From Zootoca vivipara (taxonomy: Eukaryota), in assembly GCF_963506605.1 (NCBI RefSeq), contig NC_083281.1, positions 74,090,001 to 74,154,000 of the forward strand: a DNA stretch of 64,000 nt. Reading direction: 5' to 3'. Position 1 is the stretch's first letter; each line of letters starts with the position of its first letter. The notes beneath the pieces were generated by a model, which saw nothing but the letters and a program-made list of their open reading frames with translations, was not told where the DNA came from and searched no databases. A program made the translations under genes and the position numbers. Below are positions 46,590-61,320 of the stretch, piece by piece.

Positions 46590-49500
46590 TTAGCTGTCTG
46601 CATCAATCCGGTGAGCTGTGGGGGTAGCAAAAAAAGGGGGGGCAGGGAGAGGAGAGACTGTTTTATAGAGGGTGAGGTCAAGGCAAACTTGCAAAAGAGT
46701 CACCACTGAGGGAGGTGTAAAGGCACTTTTTAAAAATAAGCAGTGGGCAACAGTGTGTTCACCCTCAGGAGACCCACATTGTGCTCCTCCCACCCCTGTA
46801 AAGCACCTCCTGCAAAATGGCAAAGGAGAGCAGGAAGCAGCCTGCCTCCAGCCCTACGCAGCATGCCACCATCCACGGGGGAAACTGGCAAGGAGGCTCC
46901 CAATCCAAATCCTGACATGGAAATCAATTTTGTGAGCCATGGTTCTAAGGTATAATAGCTGCAAAGTTGGGGATTCTGAAAATCTGGGTTTACCCTGCCC
47001 TGCTGCAGCTGTGTACACAGAGGCATGAAGGAGCCTCCAGAGGGGCAGGGCAGGGAAATTCTGCCATTCCTTTAGGAGCCGGAAGCTGCTCTCCAAACCA
47101 GCAGGAGTCACACTGCATCGAGCTGGCCAGCCATCTCTGAGCACTCGGGATAGGCCTCATCCCGAAGATGTGCAATATTTCTGCCAACTTGGGGAATGGA
47201 AGCTTCCTCTCTGTTGATTTTATCAACTTTAAATTATTATTAACTTTAATTTGCTACTCAAGCTACTACTTGTCTTCCACCAGCAGGCCCCAGGGTGAGT
47301 TACAACGATTTCAGTTTTTAAAAACAATTTAATCGGTCCCAGGAATATCTCCAGTGTCAAAGACTGAGGTACAAGAGGTGGATCATTTGACAATGAAGTC
47401 AGGTTTAAGGGGTTCTCTGTGCATCCTCATAGTCATGCTTAAATTGTTGGATGAAAGTCTTGAGATTCATGCCTTGGCTCCATGCAGCAGTGTGTGCTGT
47501 AGACACAATCCTGTCAAACTCACAGCCTCTGTCAGCGGGATGAAGGAACATGAAGGCAAAGGAGGCGGGAGTGAAATTTGGAGATGTGTGTGTCGTCGTC
47601 ATCCCCCTGACCCCTTGAGTCCTTGCAAATGCAATCTTCCCATCCCCTGCCCATGTGGAAGCTCCTCAGTGGAAGGGCAGCAGATGTCTTTACCAGGCCT
47701 GCAGATGGGCTGTAAGCAGAAGCCGCAGACCAGGGCTTTGCTACTTACACTGCTTTGGTATCCGAAGGGCCTCGTTGTCGCCAGACATCACTTGATGCAG
47801 GACTCCTCGGAACTGGTAGAGGACTTTCAGGCTCTTATCTTCCCCGACACAAGGGTCGTAGAACCCAGGCAGGCCGGCCTACAAGAAAGGAACAGTCACA
47901 CACTGAGTCAAGGAGAAGGGCCGTTAGCCTCCTGCCATTGGAAAACTCTGGATGGAAAAGTTTAACGCTCAGATATGGCCACCAGCTTTAAATGATAAAT
48001 TGACTCAGGAATGCAAGAGGGCGAGGGGAGAAACACATGAAGGCAACTTTGCAGCAGTCTGCTGCCAGTTTATCTTTTCTAGAAACCTTAACAATACATC
48101 AATTTTACTGCCATCTAATCACCGAATCATCTAATTCCTTGAGTTCAGTTGATTCTTTTGATGCAGTTTAGTTGGCAGTTCTTCCTCTACTTGGTATTTG
48201 CTGTGTTTGGTGCTGTTTTAAACCCCTTTATGTTAAAAATTCCAATAAAAATGCAATTACAAAAAAGGAGATGATGGTGGTTGTGCATAAGTATACACAG
48301 TGTGTAAGGGCTAGTGCACTTGTGTGCGTGCACACACACCACAGAACCATTGTAAAGCTTGGCTTCTGTACCCACTGGAAGTCCAAGCAAAGGTTTACAA
48401 ATCTCACCTCATGATTGCACGTCTTGGGCTGACAACCACCCCAAGGCGGCCTCAGAAATGAAACAGGTGAGTTGTGTGAGCTAATCTGTTTCCCCACCTC
48501 CCTGCACACTGGCCTCCTCCTTACCTTGGATGCTTCTGTAAGGATGAGCTTGGAGTCTTTCACCAGGCACTGCAAGGGCACAGTCACGTCTATGACCTTC
48601 ACCTTCTCGTTCCTTCTGCTCTGGTCATTGACGAATTTCCCGTACCAGGCATTCACCACAATCAGGCCTGCATTGTTAACGAGAAGAAGCTGTTGGCGCA
48701 GAGGACACTTTCAGGAAACAAGGGACCGCCCCTCCTCTCCCCCTCCAGGCAAGTAGAGAGAGAGAGAAAAAACCAGAAGTCTGCCCAGGCCTCTCACTAC
48801 ATAAAATCAAAACAGATGAGCACACAAATCCCTCCACTGGGATAGAGGCTCCCCTTTTAAGATTCCATATATTCTTCCACCTTGATTTATTCTTAAAAGA
48901 GCTACTAAGGTTCTTGGGTTGCTGATTTCTGCAACTAGTACCAAACCCTGAGCTCACACAGTACAATAATAGGAGGTGCCTTACACTGAGCAAGCTCTAG
49001 CTCAGCTTCATCCATGCCAATGGGAATTGGCTCTCCAGGGAGTCAGACGTTGGTCTTTTTTCTGGCCGTATCCCAGAGATGTCAAAGTATGAACCTGAGA
49101 CCTTCTGCATGCAAAGCAGGTGCTCCACCACGGAGCTACGGCTCACCCGCCACCCATATGGGATGCATATGCCCTTGCAGATAAACTAGAACCAACTGGG
49201 TACCCCAGAATCGTTAAAGCAAACGTTCTGGGGCAAAACCTCTTCCCACTTAGTGTTTCCTGTTCTAACTTGATGACTGAAGCCCCATAAGAGCAGTAAG
49301 CAACACAGTAGCATTTACGAACCCAAACAGAAGTGTGCAACCACCTCAAATGCCTGCAGGGCAGACTTGGGTAGAAGAAAAGGGAAATCAGCACTCCTTA
49401 CCCATCCTGGCTTCTTCCGTCTCAATAATTCTCCGGACAGATTCCTGCATCAGCCGCACCTAAGCAAGGGGACAGACCAGGATTCGGCATCCAAAGAAGG

Positions 49501-50290
49501 CTTATTTATTGTGTTTGCAAATATTCTTAAAGGGAAAAAGGAGGAGGAGGAGGAGGCCTTTATAGGGAGTGCACTTGTGTAAAACAAACATGTGAGCCAG
49601 GAATGGGCTAAGCTCTGCCTCTTCCATCACAGGAGGCTGCAGAAGGTTGCCCTCCAACTCGCAGAAAGCAACAGGGATGACAGACCTTTGGGCATTCTGG
49701 GGCTGGTTTTATGTGTGAGAACACCTCAGAGGGGAGCCCCTAGACTGTGTTGCTCAGAGGCACAGAGGCAAAGTGGGAGCTGCAGCAGTAGGACAATCAA
49801 GCGCAAGACCCAACTCCTCTCTGGGAACCTCATAAAAACAAGTCCGGAGGGAAGGGCCAAGGCTTGGGGGGGGGGTGTTCTCCTTCAACACACTACGCTG
49901 CAAGGGGCACGAGGAGGAATAGGATGTAAGTAAGAGTAAGCCATGCTCAGCAGCTGCAGAGGTTTTGCTGCCTACATGCTCCCAAGCATAACTTTGCAAG
50001 CACTAGAAACATGTTTCACAGAGAGAGGTTAATTTCTGCACTTGTGTGTGGAATTGCGCCACACTCGTCTCTCCAGGGTTGCAGGACGAGGTGTTCTCCA
50101 AAAAGCACTGCCAGGTTCTCTCGCCTGCCTCTGATCTGGAAGGCCTCCTTACCATATGCAATTGGAGCCTGTCATTGTAACTCAGCCAGGAGGGATGCGC
50201 ACTCTGCCCAGAGGCACTTGGAGCAATTCTCCCTGTACTCCTGTCTGGATGCTGGCACTGCCCAGAGGTGACCAGGCAAAGTCGCAAAGT

Positions 50291-50377
<87 letters not shown>

Positions 50378-53300
50378 CTCGATAATGAAGATTTGTTGTA
50401 ACAAGAAATACATTAGCAAGGGCTAGATTTACTAGTGGCCTTGTGAATGCTGGTCATCAAGAGGCAGGGTCAAAATATCTAAAATAAGTGAGAACCTTAG
50501 ACGCTGAATGAGACCAAGGTGGAAACATCTAGCCCAGTACTGTGCATCTCCAAAGACATTGCTTGGAAGCGCACATGCCAGGTGTGAAGGAGGCAAATGA
50601 CGAATAAAAAGATGTCAGGTACTAAACCTGGGACACGTAAAGCATATGATCTATCAGAGACGTGGCCCTGGCCCCCAAAACTGGCTCCAATCACACTCTT
50701 GCATGTGTTCTATTTTTGAAAACACACACATACTCTCTATTCTCCAGTAAAGGCAGGTGATGAGGCAATTAAAACAAACCCAGTTATGTAAACCTGATTA
50801 AAAACATCAAAAATGAAGACAGCCAAGAGAGACCGTGAAAAATTGTGAGAGGGTTACACAAAACTCACAAGGGTGAGTTGGGAAGCAGCAACTCACCAGA
50901 CCTCCTCAAGCACCCACCCACATTGTATTCTCAGCTGTCAGGGTGATTTCTGAAGGGAAGAAAAGCCCTTGAGATGCAGCCCAGATCAATTATTCCAAGG
51001 AGGAAGTGCGCGGAGAACCCTAAATTATCCAGGAATGGGGAAGGAAGCAAGAATTGAGACTCACTGCAGCTTCTGCTTCCTGCTTCTTCTGCAAAGTGTC
51101 GCTGGCCGTGCTCTCCCGCTGCTTCTCCAATTCTCTAATGTTCGGACGGGGGAGAGGAAGGAAGAGGGTTTCATTGTAGTCTGGGTACCTGCCTAAGGTT
51201 TCTGGCCTCCCTTCCCACTTTCCTCCAACCAATTCCCTGAGAGAAGCAGCCATGCTGCACGAAGGCTGGGCCAGCTAGTACATCAAGGATGGCAGAGAGA
51301 GAGAACGACCTGACTCATGAAAGTCAAGCCCAGGGAAACGAGCAGGACCTAGACAGGAACGCTGCTTACTTCTCTGCTGCTCTTGCCAGTTTCAAGGGCC
51401 CCCAAAGCAGGAGGGCTTCCCAATGGTGATGGATTGCACCACCTGTTAATTGGCGAGAGCAGGGAGGTATCCTTTGGACGGTTTTCTAGGCAAGTCACAG
51501 AAATACAGTACCCCCTTTGCAGCCCAGAGTCTGGCTCCTTCTTCTCGCTCCACAAATCTCTCCACCCTCACAGGAGAGTTCTGTGGAAAAGAGCAGGAGG
51601 GTCTTCTCCCACCCTCTGCCAAACCACCACCCCTGCTTCCCCCACAGTGGCCGGCCAGAAACTTCCAGGAGGACCACAAACAGGCCTGGAATGCTACAAA
51701 CCTCGCTTGCTGCCCCCCCCCCCAGCAGCTTGTTTCCAGAGATGTACTGCTTCTGATGTACACACTGGGCAGCCCGCTCCTCCATCACTAGCTGCCTTTG
51801 CTGTGCTGTGCCCTGCAGGTCAGTCCCACCTCTATCCTCCCCCAGTGCATGCTGGGAATGCTTTCGGGGCACTCACTTCTCCTTCTGTGCCTTCAGGTAG
51901 GGCCTGATGATGAGCCTGTGCATGGCAAAGTAGATGACGAGAGGCCCCGCCGTGGCGTAGAAGACCGCGCTAGGCAGCAGCTGGTCCGTCAAGTGGATGG
52001 GGAAGAAGTAGGTCTGGCTGGCTCGGTTCAGCCTGAGATGCAGGGGAAAGAAGAGCAGTTAGCTGGCAAGGCAGGCACAGAGAACCTGCAGGAACCAGTT
52101 TCAAATACACAAGGGGCCAGGGGAGGGAGAGAGCGCACATGCCCAACTCTCTGGTTCCTTGTCCTGCTCAATCATTTGCTGCCACATGGTAATGGGACTT
52201 TGGTGACCCTGGTGTGGCAAAGGATGCCCTGAGCGGAGGGAGGCCCACAGCCAGAACTCTAGAGCAGGAAGAGGAGGGCCCCAAACCTGCTGGGGCCCAC
52301 CTAGATGACATACGTCTGCCCAGGCATACAAATTTAAGGCAATCCCTCCACCATGTTTCATTACTCAAGCCTGCTGAGCTCTTTTATCTTCCCACTTTTC
52401 CCAGGCCGTTCTGCTGTGTTCTGGAGCCCTCTGCTGGCAAAACCGAAACATGCCACCCAGAATGACAGCAGCACACGTTGATAAGTGTCTCCAGTGGACA
52501 CAGCTTTAACAGGTGTCTGGTTGTTAGACATACTGTGTTACCCTGAAGGTGAACTGCTCCAGAAGCAGTTGGCCTAGCTTTCAGGGTACCCCTATCTGGG
52601 GGAACTGGGATGTTTGGCTCAAAGCCCAGAAGAGGAACCCTGTAATGTTCTGGATGCCTGCCACCTGCACCCCTGGTCAGTTGGCTGATGTAACCTGCCT
52701 TGGTGTATAAACAATGTAAGTGCATTAGGCTGGGTGCAGACAGTCCATCATTGGACAAGCCACCTCCTTGCTGTAGTGTCCATCCCACATCTGCAAAGGT
52801 AAGGGAACTGACAGGCTGCTTCTCGCTGTAGGTCTATTTCTCTTCTTTAATAAAGCATTAGAACTGATCTTCGATGGCACTTCCGCAAATCTTGAACTCC
52901 TAGAGCCCTCTTCTGGCTCTACAGCCTGGGTGCAGGTCAACACAAACATAATGTGTTCATTCTGAACTACTAGTCCCGTGGAGGGGCAAGGCCCAGGGGC
53001 TGAAGGAGCTGACAGTGGGCATTGTGCTGAGAAGTGGGACTTGGCAAGGGGGCCCAAGCATGCCAACTATTGCATGCAGCTCAGTCCAGTGGCTTTCCAT
53101 CGAGTCCCTTGGCAAGTACCAGCAGCAAAATGCAAGACCAGAGGCAGGAGGAGCCACTCCCTAGAGCAACCTTCCCCAACCTGGTGCTGATGACTGCTGC
53201 TGTCCAGGGCAGCCAGAGGGCACCAGTCTGTGGAAAGTAGCCCCAGAACTCAGGCTGCCAACTCACTTGATTTTCAGAGAGACTCCCTGGGGTACGCCAA

Positions 53301-56300
53301 CACTGACGGTGGCTCCAAGGACGCTGTGCCTGGAGATTTTCCGCTCTGCCCCATATTCCACAATGGTCCCAAAGAAACCAGCTCTGAAACAAAAGCATTT
53401 GGGAACATTAAGCAGAGGGACAGGCTCTGCCTCTCGGGATCACCAAGTCTCATCTTCTACATACCTCGCCAACTCACCCCCTTGCCTGATGGGTCTCTCC
53501 CTTTCCCTCCAGAAAGGAAGAGGCACTGAGGCAGCACCTGGCATGCCTGCTACATCTGGTTTCCAGATGGTGAGCACTGCAGCTGCAGAAGGATGCCAAC
53601 CTCTTGCCCATGCATCCTTAAAGCAATCGTTGCAAGAGGCTGACTCCCTTGCACAAACCCCTATTGCCTCCTGCCGGCTAGTTATACCTGCCAGGGGCAA
53701 CCTTCTGGGCTGGGACTTACTTGAGAGATCCTTTCACTCGCGTCTGATCCTCATCCTGAAACTTGTGCTGGTAACTGACCATCATGAAGGAGTGAGGGAT
53801 GCCCAGCTGTGGCATGAGAGAAACAGGAAGGTCAGCCAACCCTCTTCCTTCCTTCGCTTCTGTGTCCCTCCCATTCACACACATATGCCAACACACTTCA
53901 TGTCCCTTGCCTACTGGCGGTAGATCCCAGACGGACGAAAGGGAGCCACTTCTCCACACAATCCTAATTCATTCATGCAACTCACTGTCAAGAGACGCAG
54001 TCGTGGTTTAGGTAACTTTATAGGCAGACTGGTCCATTTCATGCAGTAGGGTAGGGTTGTTCACAATACCTATACATGGGCAAGTTCAGAGACCACACTG
54101 TGGAGCATGGCTCAGGTATAACAGTTGGGTGGCCCACACAGATTCCTGGGAGTGGATGAAGCCTCATCCTCTTCTTAACCCCCAGAGTCACAGGCCAGCC
54201 ACTAGATCCAAAGAGGCGACTTATCAATTCAAGTCGCTCCACTTCAACTCAAAAGAGTTGCCAGCACAGGTCCCCCCCCCCTCAAAGAGCAGACAGTAAT
54301 TGCAAAGAACATTTGGAGCCAAAGGAAGGAGGGCTGCCCTACCTGAAACGCCATCGTGAAGTGGCTGGTTTTGGTGTCCCGGACGATGCTTGTATTCATT
54401 GCCGACTGAATGCCCCAGCGCCACTGCAAGTAGCCCATGGTGTTCTTGTCCAGGTTCCTTGCCAGGACAGTTGTAAGGCCCGGGCGGATCCCTCGGGAGG
54501 AGAACTGCAGCGCACAGTTTGTCGTGACAAAGCTGCAAACAAGGGGATGGCAGGAAGAGGCTTAGAAGGAAAATCCTCTTAGTGAAACCGAAATGTTTTC
54601 CCTCTCCTGTTTAGGCAACTGCTGCTCACGAGGAGCCTCTCCCCAGCTACACCCTGCTCCCTAGCTACAGCCACATCCATTCCCCTTTTAAGGCCAGGAG
54701 AGCTTGAGGTGTGCAGCAGGCAAGTTATCCCAGCTTCAATCAGAGCCTTCGACTTACAGATGGACATGCACACCTCCTCCTCCTCCAGCAATATCTCTTG
54801 GGAGTTGGGAAAGGGGAAGAGGAGGATTATCAACTCGGGATTCTGGAAGCTGCTCAAAGCTCCGTCACGCTCCGATGTGTACATGGAGCTCCACACACCA
54901 AACCAAGCTGCCCTGTTCTCTTCAGGGGCAAAACGTCAGCCAACAGCACACTCTCTGCCTCTGCTCTCTAGGAAATGTGCTGGGCCTGAAGAATGGAATC
55001 AGCTGCATGCTATGCCAAGGACAAATCAACACAGGGGCCAGCTCAAGGGTATGGGTCGGCTCTGCCAGAGTCAACCCACAGGGCAACTGGGCCCTATCCA
55101 TTCCAACTGCTGCATGCCCACACAACAGATGCCAGGAATGAAACAGGAATGAGCAGCAGTTACTGGTCCCCGTGTTGCAGTTCACTATTGCACTGCCCTT
55201 CCTTCTGCTAGCTCAGGCATGTAGTGTCATCTCTGATTACACTTGTAGATCTAGGAAATGCGTGGAGTCAGTTATTAACTGCCACTGGTCCGTGGCAGAG
55301 CACAGGTGTTGCAGGCCACTCCCTGGTGTTATAAGAATTCTAAGGTCTCAAATATAGAATACATATTCATAAATGTACAAGGCAAACAGACATACATAAG
55401 TATATAAACCATGTGTCTGAAATAGTATAGGAGAGCAATCCTGAAGCCATTTTGACTCTCCCAAATTAACCTCATATATTTCTCTGCAAGGAGGAAGGAA
55501 ATGGGAAAAGCTTTCCAATTGTCTTTGGACTGTAGGGGCTTACACTTCCCTGCAAATAGTGTCTGGCAAGTATCTGTTAGGCTGAGCAAACTGTATGTGT
55601 AAGAGATTCAGGATTCAATATGTATAAGAGATTCAGGAACTTAAGTATTTACTATCTTAAAGGAATGGGCAGGCTACTCAGAAAATGCAATCAAGTAAGA
55701 CATTATCAGGTATCCTGGCAGACAGGAGTGAAGCAACACTCTCAAATTTCTGCTGGAGACTGCTTCTTTCTGTGATGTATGTATGATGTTTAGGAGGGTG
55801 GTCTTGGGCTTTCAAGAGACTTTCAAAAGTCTTTACAGGGGCTTGCACACCACTGTTCAGGGTTCTCCTCCCTCCTTCGTGTGGTGAGTGGGGAACCCGT
55901 TGCAACAGTTTATTTCTTTTAATAAAGATCAGACTTACTAGCAGGCTTTGCTTTCAATATACTCTGGTTGGCCTCTGCTTTCTCTCTGACCAATAGAGAT
56001 CTCCTGAGGGACTCTCTACGGGCTCTAGATACCCCATAAGGGAATTAAGAGGTATTTTCTTATAACACTGGCAGCTCCAGGCCAAATACCCCAGACAGCT
56101 GCTGCCCATCAATGATGACAGCACTGGGCAGCTTTGGATCAGTGTGATAGCTGGGCCTGCCCTTGCTGCCCACTAGGAACTGATCTGGAAGCTGTCAAAA
56201 GTGGCAACCTTTCCAATATTTCCTTTTGGAAAGATCTGAGCTAAGCCAGAAGCAAAGGCCATCTTCTGGCCACCGAGGAATATTGCACCCCAGTAAAGAA

Positions 56301-59300
56301 GAGGCTCATGACCACAGACAAGCAGGACTCAAGGGCAAGCACACTCTCCCCTTCTGCCGTTTCCAGCAACTGGCATTCAAAAGCATTTATTGTCTCCAAC
56401 TGTGAAGGCAGAGCAGAGCCATCGATCCAAGTTTAGTCCTAACTTGCAACCCACTTTGAATATTTTAAACTTCCTGTGTAAGCTTTTCTCTTTCCCATAC
56501 TCTACTCCCTTCTTTTTGCATTTTCCTCTCTCTCACCTCTAACAAACAAAATGACAACTGGAGGGTGAGAAATTCAGGGATCTGTCTCTTTGGTAGTTGG
56601 TGCTAACTCCCGGGGGTTGCTAGAGTAGATCCCTTACACCTGGCAGGGGAAATGGGGCTGGGGCTCAAGCAACACAAGGGGTGACATGGTGACCCCTGCT
56701 GTCTCTCCCAAGTTCAATTTGTGCATGGGGAGAGTTCATGCAGCATTTCCCTACTTATAATGACATGTCCTTTTGAGAAAGAGAGAATGAAAGAAGAAGG
56801 ATAGACACTCGATCCTCTTTCCTGCCTTTTCCAAACTGTAGGGCCTATGAGAGGCAGCTGTCTGTCTCACTGGAAGGCCAGGGACACTTTGCAGGCACCT
56901 GCTCCTGTTTCAAGACCATGCGGCATCAGCTGAAAAGCACTTTCATATGGAGATGCTATACGGACCTTGGATCCACCATTGGCCTTTTTCATGAGAAAGA
57001 ACTTAATGCAGCAAACGATTCTACATCTCTGAATCCCTAGGTTTGGCATGGTTACATAATTTACATTTCAGCCTGCCATGTATTTTCTGAGAGAGACACC
57101 AGGACCCTGAAAGAAAAGGTAACCATATAATCGAAAACTGGCTTCCTACTGGTTTCAAACTCTGAATGGCACTGTGGGTGGTTAATATCAGTGCCACTGT
57201 GTATGTTGGCTGGTTGCCTGTAGATGCAATAGACACATAGAGATAGTGATACATAATTGGTTGCATATTCTGTTTTTTAAGGTTTGATGTTCGGTTGTAT
57301 TTTTATATATGCTGTAAGCCCCCCAAAGTGGCTGGGAAAACCCAGCCAGATGGGTGGGATAAAAATAAAATAAAAATAACAACATCACAAATAAGTCCTG
57401 TTCCTTCTAGGGGGTGGGAGGTTGTCCTCCACCCCTTTCTAAGTCTTACCATCTTTGTGTAAGATTCCGAAACACCTTCAGGCCAAACAAAGGCCCCTGG
57501 AGGTCTCCAGCTCCGAACTCTATCTGCACAAAAAGAAGACGGACAAGAGTTAGGAAGCAACAGCTACAGAGGTGAGATCAGCGTGACTGTCGTGAGCTGC
57601 CCACAGCCCTTCACCGGTACAAGCTGGCTTTAACTATTCCTTTATGGCAGCTACTCGGATGCCTGGATAGGCACTGGAGTGCATGGCCAGGGAGAGGAGG
57701 CAGGTGGTGCTTCCTCCCCTGGAACACGGCAGTGCTCACAGCAGGAAGTTAGCTGTGCAAGTCCACATGGTAGCCTAGTCCAGCACAGTGACATCGCCCA
57801 GCTTTGAGAGAGTGAAAAAAGAGGGCTCTGGGTGCCCTAAAACAGGAAAATCAGTGATCTCCCACCAACAAGGAAGGCAGAGAAATAGGTGCAGGAGCAG
57901 TCCAGAAGGCTCAAAACAAAGCAAGAAATAGGGTGAAAACTGGGAGAAACCAGTCCTCTTACCTCTCCCCAGCCTTTGGCAGATGTCACACGCCTCAGAG
58001 CCAAGTTCACAGAGCCGCCTCCATTCCCGTTCTGCGTTGAGAGGTTTCCTGACAATATCGCAGTGTCTGTGGCCGTCAGTGGAGCCTGCAAGAGAAAGGC
58101 AGCTGTCTTGTTGCAGCTCATAGGAATCCTGCACAATCTACAGCAGGCCTGACTCTCAGTGGCAGGTGTCACCAAAAGCAGACACACCTAGATGGCACAA
58201 TTTTACAATCTCCCATATAAATGCTTAAAATGCTGCCTTAACACAAGGTGGCCTCACCCGAGTGGGTACAGGGAGAGCGTAACGTAACTCTCTGTGCACT
58301 AATGCTCTCTGCACACAGGAGACAAGTTCATGGAGGAGAAAGCTATTGGTGGCAAGCCATGACAGCTGTGCTCCGCCTCCACACTAAAGAGGCAGCATTG
58401 CTTCTGAATACCAGTTGTTGGAAACCACAGGACAGGAGAGTGTTCTTGCGCTTGGTTCCTGCTTGCAGGTTTCCTGCAGGCATTTTGTTGGCCACAGTGA
58501 GAACTACACTCTATGCCCCAATACTGTGTGGCCTCATCTACGTGGGTAGAATGTGTGGTGCACAGATGCTCTCTGCACGTAGGAGGGGTGGACATACATG
58601 CCCAAGACGTGGAATCAGATTAACCGGTGAATTTGAGGCCAATCATCTGCTGCAGATACACACTTAAGACAAGACTTGAGGTGTGATGATTCAACCAAAC
58701 CACTGAATAAGTCCACCGTATGCTCTCTGTACACTCAGCCTCCTGGCATTTGACCCCTTTCAGGAGCTGTGCTGTTGACTAGTTTTATGAATGCCCCTCC
58801 GCCGCTTGCTGTCCTTGGCGTGTCCTGGAATGCTCCATCATATTGCAGCTCAACTAACAGTGGGCAGGGGATGCTGACCAAGTGTGCAGAAGAAGCAGGG
58901 AAGAGTCTTTGGGCTTCCCCACTACTACTAATAGCGGGGCGCAGGTGGCGCTGTGGTCTAAACCACTGAGCCTCTTGGGCTTGCCATTCAGAAGGTTGGC
59001 GGTTTGAATCTGCGCGATGGGGTGAGCTCTCGTTGCTCTGTCCCAGCTTCTGTCAACCTAGCTGTTCGAAAGCATACCAGTGCAAGTAGATAAATAGGTA
59101 CTGCTGCGGTGGGAAGGTAAACGGCGTTTCCGTGCACTCTGGTTTCTTCTGTCACGGTGTTCTGTTGCGCCTGAAGCGGTTTAGTCATGCTGGCCACGAA
59201 AGCTGTCTGTGGACAAACACTGGCTCCCTCAGCCTGAAATGTGAGATGAGCGCCATACCCCATAGTCACCTTTGACTGGACTTAACCATCCAGGGGTCCT

Positions 59301-59837
59301 TTACCATACCTTTTGTTACTACTATTAACACCCTCTGCCTGGGAAACAGCTTTTGAGCAACACTCGCAGAGCCTGTGAAGACTCTCTGCTTCCAGAGATG
59401 GGAGGTGTGTGGCATACAAATGGGGTGCCCGAGCACAGCACTTGAGCGCATGAGAGACTCTGACAGCACATGGGCTCAGCCGCAAGTGAACCTTCCCTTC
59501 CCCACTTCCTCCGGTGCCATTTCGAAACAGATAATTGCATCCCTGAGCCAGATTTCATTTCCCGTTGCTCTGTGCTGAGGTGCCTCATNNNNNNNNNNNN
59601 NNNNNNNNNNNNNNNNNNNNNNNNNNNNNNNNNNNNNNNNNNNNNNNNNNNNNNNNNNNNNNNNNNNNNNNNNNNNNNNNNNNNNNNNNNNNNNNNNNNN
59701 NNNNNNNNNNNNNNNNACTGCGATATGTGCATTTTGTTGATTTCAACATGGGGAAAGCTGCTCCCTGGCACTTCTTCGTACTCCTCATCGTACCGATCAA
59801 AGAGGTCAGTGGCGTCTATTCCAACGCTAATTGTCCC
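46590..59837 (-). CDS. DNAJC11: DnaJ homolog subfamily C member 11 (mitochondrial MIB/SAM-associated), 5'-partial: exons 59837-(<59717, gap), 58085-57963, 57523-57450, 54532-54343, 53806-53721, 53383-53267, 52032-51877, 51134-51065, 49459-49402, 48667-48525, 47878-47749, 46615-46590
   Basis: Peptides [112 protein letters not shown] and terminal SHRIDADS-TAA. Visible junctions are GT-AG and in phase. The J-domain exons were not seen and are inferred to lie beyond 64000. Confidence 0.95.
50294..50375. repeat. (CT)n microsatellite in a DNAJC11 intron
   Basis: About 40 uninterrupted units. Confidence 0.95.
58934..59315 (+). mobile_element. Sauria SINE (full length)
   Basis: Head GGTGGCGCTGTGGTCTAAACCACTGAGCC, core GCAAGTAGATAAATAGGTAC, tail GGGGTCCTTTACC..ACCTTT; approximate TSD TACTACTA(A/T)TA. 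Confidence 0.85.
59589..59716. other. Assembly gap (128 N)
   Basis: Run of N that removes the 3' end and donor site of a DNAJC11 exon. Confidence 0.99.
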
Positions 59838-61184
59838 CTGGAGAAACAAAGAAACAAGCCCTTGGTGTTAAATGGCATTGTGCTCAGCTGTTTCAGTGCC
59901 TTGCTCTCTTCAGCGCCCAGTCTTCTTCTGCCTGGAACAGCAAGAAAAACCTTTGCTCTGCCATTTCCTTCACAAGCCCTTCTGAAAACCCACTCCTCTA
60001 GCCAACAAGATATTTGGCTTAACCTCCCAATGCTCACTCGCAGCTGCAGTTCCTTACATTCATCCCTATCCCTTGTTGGGGAAAACCTCAGTTTGTTACC
60101 GGAGACCTTAGCGCTGAAAGACATGGGCCAGTTTTAAGCACCTTCAAATGGTCATCCCTGCCTTTGTTTACCCCATGTACGGGAAGCCTACTGGATCAGG
60201 CTGGTGGCCCATCCCATCCATGTCCAGCATCTTGTTGTCACAGAGGCCAATCAGATGCCCCTACAAGAAACCCTGTCTTCTCCCATGGCTTCCAGCAACT
60301 AGCATTCAGAAGCACTACTGCTTCCAGCTGTGGCGGTACGGCATAGCCATCACAGCCAGTTGCTACTGATAGCCTTAAGTATTCATCCAACCCTCTTTCC
60401 AAGGCATCCCAGCTGGTGGCTGTTGCTGACTCCTGTGGCAGTGAGTTCCTTGGTCTAACTACGTGCCCACCCCATCTTCTCTGCCAAATTCAGCCTGTAA
60501 ACTCCAAGCAGGAAAGTTTTGCCTCCTTGCTACGTTGCTCTAGAACTATACCGGATAGGAAAGTGCAAATGATGTTCACTATTATGAATGCATGAGCTGC
60601 ATGCTCCTGTACCACCATCTATTTCAGAGAGTGGCCTGTGCAGATTAAGAGACAAACCCCGTCCCTCCATCCCATTTTTAAACATCTCAGAAAGACCTGC
60701 TCACTCTGATATCTAGGGGGAATCCAGAAAAGCTCAGAGATGGCTGATTTGTGCAGCTGCACCCCTAATGCTGGTGGGCAATCAAAGCGTCAATTAGGAT
60801 CTCAGGATGTAGGCAAGGCCTGGATAAAATTAAACCCTGCACATGGCACCACTGTCAGAATGCGCGCAAGGGAAGACTGATTTGCATCTGACCCTTGAGA
60901 GACCAAAAATAAAACAAAATCCTCCTTAAGGCTCCTCTCCCCCACCATGCCAACCACCACCTGCAGAAATACTGCACTACAAAATGGAAGACGTTAACGA
61001 GAGGCAAACAGAACCACTTGGAACGGGAGGGGCTGATCTTTATAACTGGGGGGGGGGTCTGCTCGCATGAGCTTGGGAGTCCATTCAGCTTTTCAGCCCT
61101 GGAAAAAGTGATGCATTTTTAAAGCTCTTAGTAAGGGCTGTGGGAAAAATGAAGACATAACAGTCTTCACTAGCAGGCCTACAA

Positions 61185-61320
61185 CAGGCTTCCTCAACCT
61201 CGGCCTTCCAGATGTTTTTTGCCTACAACTCCCATGATCTCTAGCTAGCAGGACCAGTGGTCAGGGATGATGGGAATTGTAGTCTCAAAACATCTGGAGG
61301 GCCAAGGTTGAGGAAGCCTG
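61185..61320. mobile_element. 136-bp hAT MITE
   Basis: TIR CAGGCTTCCTCAACCT / AGGTTGAGGAAGCCTG; perfect 8-bp TSD GCCTACAA. Confidence 0.85.

Noticed and set aside
48668-48690. U12-like branch sequence CTCGTTAAC before a DNAJC11 acceptor
   Set aside because: The partner donor is G|GTAAGG (U2 type), not RTATCCT.
50003-50419. (ER)n / (SL)n ORFs
   Set aside because: Translations of the (CT)n microsatellite.
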